A stretch of 64,000 nt of DNA from Escherichia phage EC128: the sequence record ON210139.1; one strand, 5' to 3'. The translations under genes were made by a program, and so were the position numbers. Positions 60,832 through 64,000 of the stretch are shown piece by piece (the stretch's first letter is position 1; each line of letters opens with the position of its first letter). A model generated the notes under the pieces. It was given only the letters and a program-made list of their open reading frames with translations. It was not told where the DNA came from and did no database searches.

Positions 60832-60855
60832 GCTTTATGATTATTGGAGTATAAT
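60831..60855 (+). promoter_or_regulatory. middle promoter candidate for gene 39
   Basis: AGCTTTA MotA-box variant, 12 nt, TATAAT 60850-60855. Confidence 0.45.
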
Positions 60856-60882
60856 ATTCCCGAAACCAAACGAGGATAAGTG

Positions 60883-62433
60883 ATGATTAAGAATGAAATT
60901 AAAATTCTGAGCGATATTGAACATATCAAAAAGCGTAGCGGCATGTACATTGGTTCTTCTGCTAATGAAATGCATGAGCGCTTTCTGTTTGGTAAATGGG
61001 AAAGTGTTCAGTATGTACCTGGTCTTGTTAAGCTTATTGATGAAATTATCGATAACTCAGTAGATGAAGGTATTCGTACTAAGTTTAAATTCGCAAATAA
61101 AATTAATGTTACTATTAAAAACAATCAAGTAACAGTTGAAGATAACGGTCGCGGTATTCCACAAGCGATGGTTAAAACACCTACCGGTGAAGAAATTCCT
61201 GGTCCTGTTGCTGCATGGACTATTCCAAAAGCAGGTGGTAACTTCGGTGATGATAAAGAACGCGTCACTGGCGGTATGAATGGTGTTGGTTCTAGTTTGA
61301 CAAACATTTTTTCTGTGATGTTTGTTGGTGAAACTGGCGACGGTCAAAATAATATTGTAGTTCGTTGTTCAAATGGCATGGAAAATAAATCATGGGAAGA
61401 TATTCCTGGAAAATGGAAAGGAACTCGTGTTACTTTCATTCCTGATTTTATGTCATTTGAAACTAATGAATTGTCCCAAGTTTATCTTGACATTACACTA
61501 GATCGTCTCCAGACACTTGCAGTAGTTTATCCTGATATTCAATTTACCTTTAATGGTAAAAAGGTTCAGGGCAATTTTAAGAAATATGCACGACAGTATG
61601 ATGAGCATGCTATCGTTCAAGAACAAGAAAACTGTTCTATTGCAGTTGGTCGTTCACCGGATGGTTTTCGTCAATTAACTTATGTGAATAACATTCACAC
61701 TAAGAATGGTGGCCATCACATTGACTGTGTTATGGATGATATTTGTGAAGACCTTATTCCACAAATCAAACGTAAGTTCAAAATTGATGTGACTAAAGCG
61801 CGTGTCAAAGAATGTTTGACTATCGTTATGTTTGTCCGTGATATGAAAAACATGCGATTTGATTCTCAAACTAAAGAGCGTTTGACTTCTCCATTTGGCG
61901 AAATTCGTAGTCATATTCAGCTTGATGCTAAAAAGATTTCACGCGCTATTCTAAATAATGAAGCAATTCTAATGCCGATTATCGAAGCTGCTTTGGCTCG
62001 TAAATTGGCGGCAGAAAAAGCAGCAGAAACTAAAGCAGCTAAAAAGGCTTCTAAAGCTAAGGTTCATAAACATATCAAAGCGAACCTTTGCGGTAAAGAT
62101 GCTGACACTACTCTTTTCTTGACTGAGGGTGATTCTGCTATCGGATATCTTATTGATGTTCGTGATAAAGAACTTCACGGTGGTTATCCATTGCGCGGTA
62201 AAGTTCTCAACAGTTGGGGTATGTCTTATGCAGATATGCTTAAAAACAAAGAACTATTTGATATTTGCGCAATCACTGGTCTAGTTCTCGGTGAAAAGGC
62301 GTTTGAAGAAAAAGAAGATGGCGAGTGGTTTACTTTCGAACTAAATGGCGATACAATTATCGCAAATGAAAATGATGAAGTACAGATTAATGGTAAATGG
62401 ATAACAGTAGGTGAATTACGAAAAAATCTATAA
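60883..62433 (+). CDS. 39: DNA topoisomerase II large subunit, ATPase part (gp39)
   Basis: 516 aa, GyrB-type GHKL ATPase and TOPRIM motifs. Confidence 0.9.
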   Translation: MIKNEIKILSDIEHIKKRSGMYIGSSANEMHERFLFGKWESVQYVPGLVKLIDEIIDNSVDEGIRTKFKFANKINVTIKNNQVTVEDNGRGIPQAMVKTPTGEEIPGPVAAWTIPKAGGNFGDDKERVTGGMNGVGSSLTNIFSVMFVGETGDGQNNIVVRCSNGMENKSWEDIPGKWKGTRVTFIPDFMSFETNELSQVYLDITLDRLQTLAVVYPDIQFTFNGKKVQGNFKKYARQYDEHAIVQEQENCSIAVGRSPDGFRQLTYVNNIHTKNGGHHIDCVMDDICEDLIPQIKRKFKIDVTKARVKECLTIVMFVRDMKNMRFDSQTKERLTSPFGEIRSHIQLDAKKISRAILNNEAILMPIIEAALARKLAAEKAAETKAAKKASKAKVHKHIKANLCGKDADTTLFLTEGDSAIGYLIDVRDKELHGGYPLRGKVLNSWGMSYADMLKNKELFDICAITGLVLGEKAFEEKEDGEWFTFELNGDTIIANENDEVQINGKWITVGELRKNL

Positions 62434-63229
62434 TGACTTAATAGTGCGGGGTAAAACCCGCGTTTCTAAATTTAAGGGTGAAATTCATCATATCCTTCCA
62501 AGATCAATGGGAGGTTCTGATGATAAAGAAAATTTGGTGAAACTGACTTTTCGTGAACATTTTTTAGCACATTTTCTACTATATAAAATTCATCGTAATC
62601 GTGAAATGGCATATGCGATGAATAGAATGTTAAACACTGAAAAATATTTACGTTCTAGTAAATTATATGAAATTGCTAGAATTTACCATCAAAGAGCAGT
62701 ATCTGAATGGTCAAAAAACTTTATGAAAGATAAAGTTTTAATGAGAAGTATTAAATCGGGTAAATGCGCCTTATTAATTAAAGGATCATTTAACCCAAAG
62801 GAATGGTGCGGTGTTAATAAAGGTGTTAAGCTTCCTGGAATTAAAGGCATGACATGCTTTAAAAATGAAAAAGGCGAAGTTTTTCGTCTTCATGTTAATG
62901 ATCCACGCATTAAAGCTGAAAAATTAGTTGGTATTGGAAATACTGTTGCTGCTACTGCAAAAGCAGCTGAACTTGAAAAAGCGAAACCATGGTATAATAA
63001 ATCAGCGACAAATCCAGAGGCTGTAAAATTAATACCAAATTTATATGAATGGTACGTCACGAAATATGACCCCGATCATTATAAACGAACGGGAGTTGCT
63101 AAATGGAAATCAGTTAATAATATAACTGTGAATTCAAAATTATTCGGCCGAGCATTTAATGAATTTAAACGCGGTTGGATTCCTGATGAAAAGTTCTATG
63201 AGGTGTATAATGAAATTTGTAAAAATTGA
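62411..63229 (+). CDS. mobA: HNH homing endonuclease MobA
   Basis: HNH motif EIHHILPRSMGGSDDKENLVKLTFREH; overlaps ends of 39 and 60; start GTG 62411 or 62444. Confidence 0.65.
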   Translation: MNYEKIYNDLIVRGKTRVSKFKGEIHHILPRSMGGSDDKENLVKLTFREHFLAHFLLYKIHRNREMAYAMNRMLNTEKYLRSSKLYEIARIYHQRAVSEWSKNFMKDKVLMRSIKSGKCALLIKGSFNPKEWCGVNKGVKLPGIKGMTCFKNEKGEVFRLHVNDPRIKAEKLVGIGNTVAATAKAAELEKAKPWYNKSATNPEAVKLIPNLYEWYVTKYDPDHYKRTGVAKWKSVNNITVNSKLFGRAFNEFKRGWIPDEKFYEVYNEICKN

Positions 63230-63347
63230 TTCTTCTAGCGTTGATATGAAAAAATATAAATTGCAGAACAATGTTCGTCGTTCTATTAAATCCTCTTCAA
63301 TGAACTATGCGAATGTCGCTATTATGACAGACGCAGATCACGATGGA
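63210..63347 (+). CDS. 60: topoisomerase II subunit gp60, codons 1-46 up to take-off GGA
   Basis: 46 codons ending ...DADHDG then TAG. Confidence 0.85.
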
Positions 63348-63397
63348 TAGCCTTCGGGCTATCTATAGAAATACCTCATAATTAAGAGATTATTGGA
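63348..63397 (+). promoter_or_regulatory. 50-nt translational bypass (hop) element
   Basis: take-off GGA 63345-63347, TAG, hairpin with UUCG loop, landing GGA 63395-63397; downstream frame continues. Confidence 0.85.
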
Positions 63398-63742
63398 TTA
63401 GGTTCTATTTATCCTTCTCTGCTCGGATTTTTTAGTAATTGGCCAGAATTGTTTGAGCAAGGACGAATTCGCTTTGTCAAAACTCCTGTAATCATCGCTC
63501 AGGTCGGTAAAAAACAAGAATGGTTTTATACAGTCGCTGAATATGAGAGTGCTAAAGATGCTCTACCTAAACATAGCATCCGTTATATTAAGGGACTTGG
63601 CTCTTTGGAAAAATCTGAATATCGTGAGATGATTCAAAACCCAGTATATGATGTTGTTAAACTTCCTGAGAACTGGAAAGAGCTTTTTGAAATGCTCATG
63701 GGAGATAATGCTGACCTTCGCAAAGAATGGATGAGCCAGTAG
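63398..63742 (+). CDS. 60: topoisomerase II subunit gp60, codons 47-160
   Basis: resumes at UUA after landing GGA; no in-frame ATG; total 160 aa. Confidence 0.85.
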   Translation, partial: LGSIYPSLLGFFSNWPELFEQGRIRFVKTPVIIAQVGKKQEWFYTVAEYESAKDALPKHSIRYIKGLGSLEKSEYREMIQNPVYDVVKLPENWKELFEMLMGDNADLRKEWMSQ

Positions 63743-63771
63743 TTTACTTTACCACAAGGATGTGGTATAAT
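63742..63771 (+). promoter_or_regulatory. early promoter
   Basis: GTTTACTTTACCACAAGGATGTGGTATAAT, near-identical to 14673. Confidence 0.6.
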
Positions 63772-63796
63772 TAATTGGGCAAATGAGGATATTGGA

Positions 63797-64000
63797 ATGA
63801 AATCATATAAAGTAAATTTAGAACTTTTTGATAAAGCAGTTCATCGAGAATATAGAATCATTCAACGCTTTTTCGATATGGGAGAAGCCGAAGAATTTAA
63901 AAACCGCTTTAAAGATATTAGAGATAAAATTCAATCCGACACCGCAACTAAAGATGAACTACTAGAAGTTGCTGAAGTTATTAAGCGTAATATGAATTAA
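63797..64000 (+). CDS. hypothetical protein (rIIA.1 position)
   Basis: 67-aa ORF; stop coincides with window end. Confidence 0.5.
   Translation: MKSYKVNLELFDKAVHREYRIIQRFFDMGEAEEFKNRFKDIRDKIQSDTATKDELLEVAEVIKRNMN

Noticed and set aside
63159-63742. Gene 60 region read as a pseudogene or two separate ORFs because of the in-frame TAG at 63348
   Set aside because: Take-off and landing GGA codons exactly 50 nt apart, a UUCG hairpin at the stop, and a downstream frame with no ATG fit a translational bypass, not gene decay.

Overview
This window is a contiguous block of the early/middle gene region of a T-even (T4-like, Tevenvirinae) coliphage, read as the reverse complement of the usual T4 reference orientation. 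Essentially all real genes are on the + strand and tightly packed (ATGA/TAATG overlaps). Gene order is collinear with T4: regB – tk – rI – a hyperplastic block of small and paralogous ORFs – nrdC – pin – 49 – nrdD (split by a 1033-nt group I intron carrying I-TevII) – nrdG – nrdH – 55 – alpha-gt – 47 – 46 – rpbA – 45 – 44 – 62 – regA – 43 – imm – 42 – uvsX – 40 – 41 – dmd/sp cluster – 61 – dam – 56 – soc – modB/modA – dda – dexA – 39 – mobA – 60. Some loci differ from what I recall for T4 itself (a 280-aa ORF at the beta-gt position, slightly divergent UvsX), so I treat it as a T4 relative. Notable signals: the 50-nt translational bypass in gene 60, the nrdD intron with a hairpin-embedded late promoter, several free-standing homing-endonuclease-like genes, repeated promoter-early/stem-loop modules, UUCG-tetraloop terminators, a part-host-derived glycyl-radical cofactor gene, a macro-domain protein, and a tandem array of coiled-coil paralogs. 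Gene names are from recognised motifs, lengths and synteny; no database search was run. No tRNA, rRNA or CRISPR was found.
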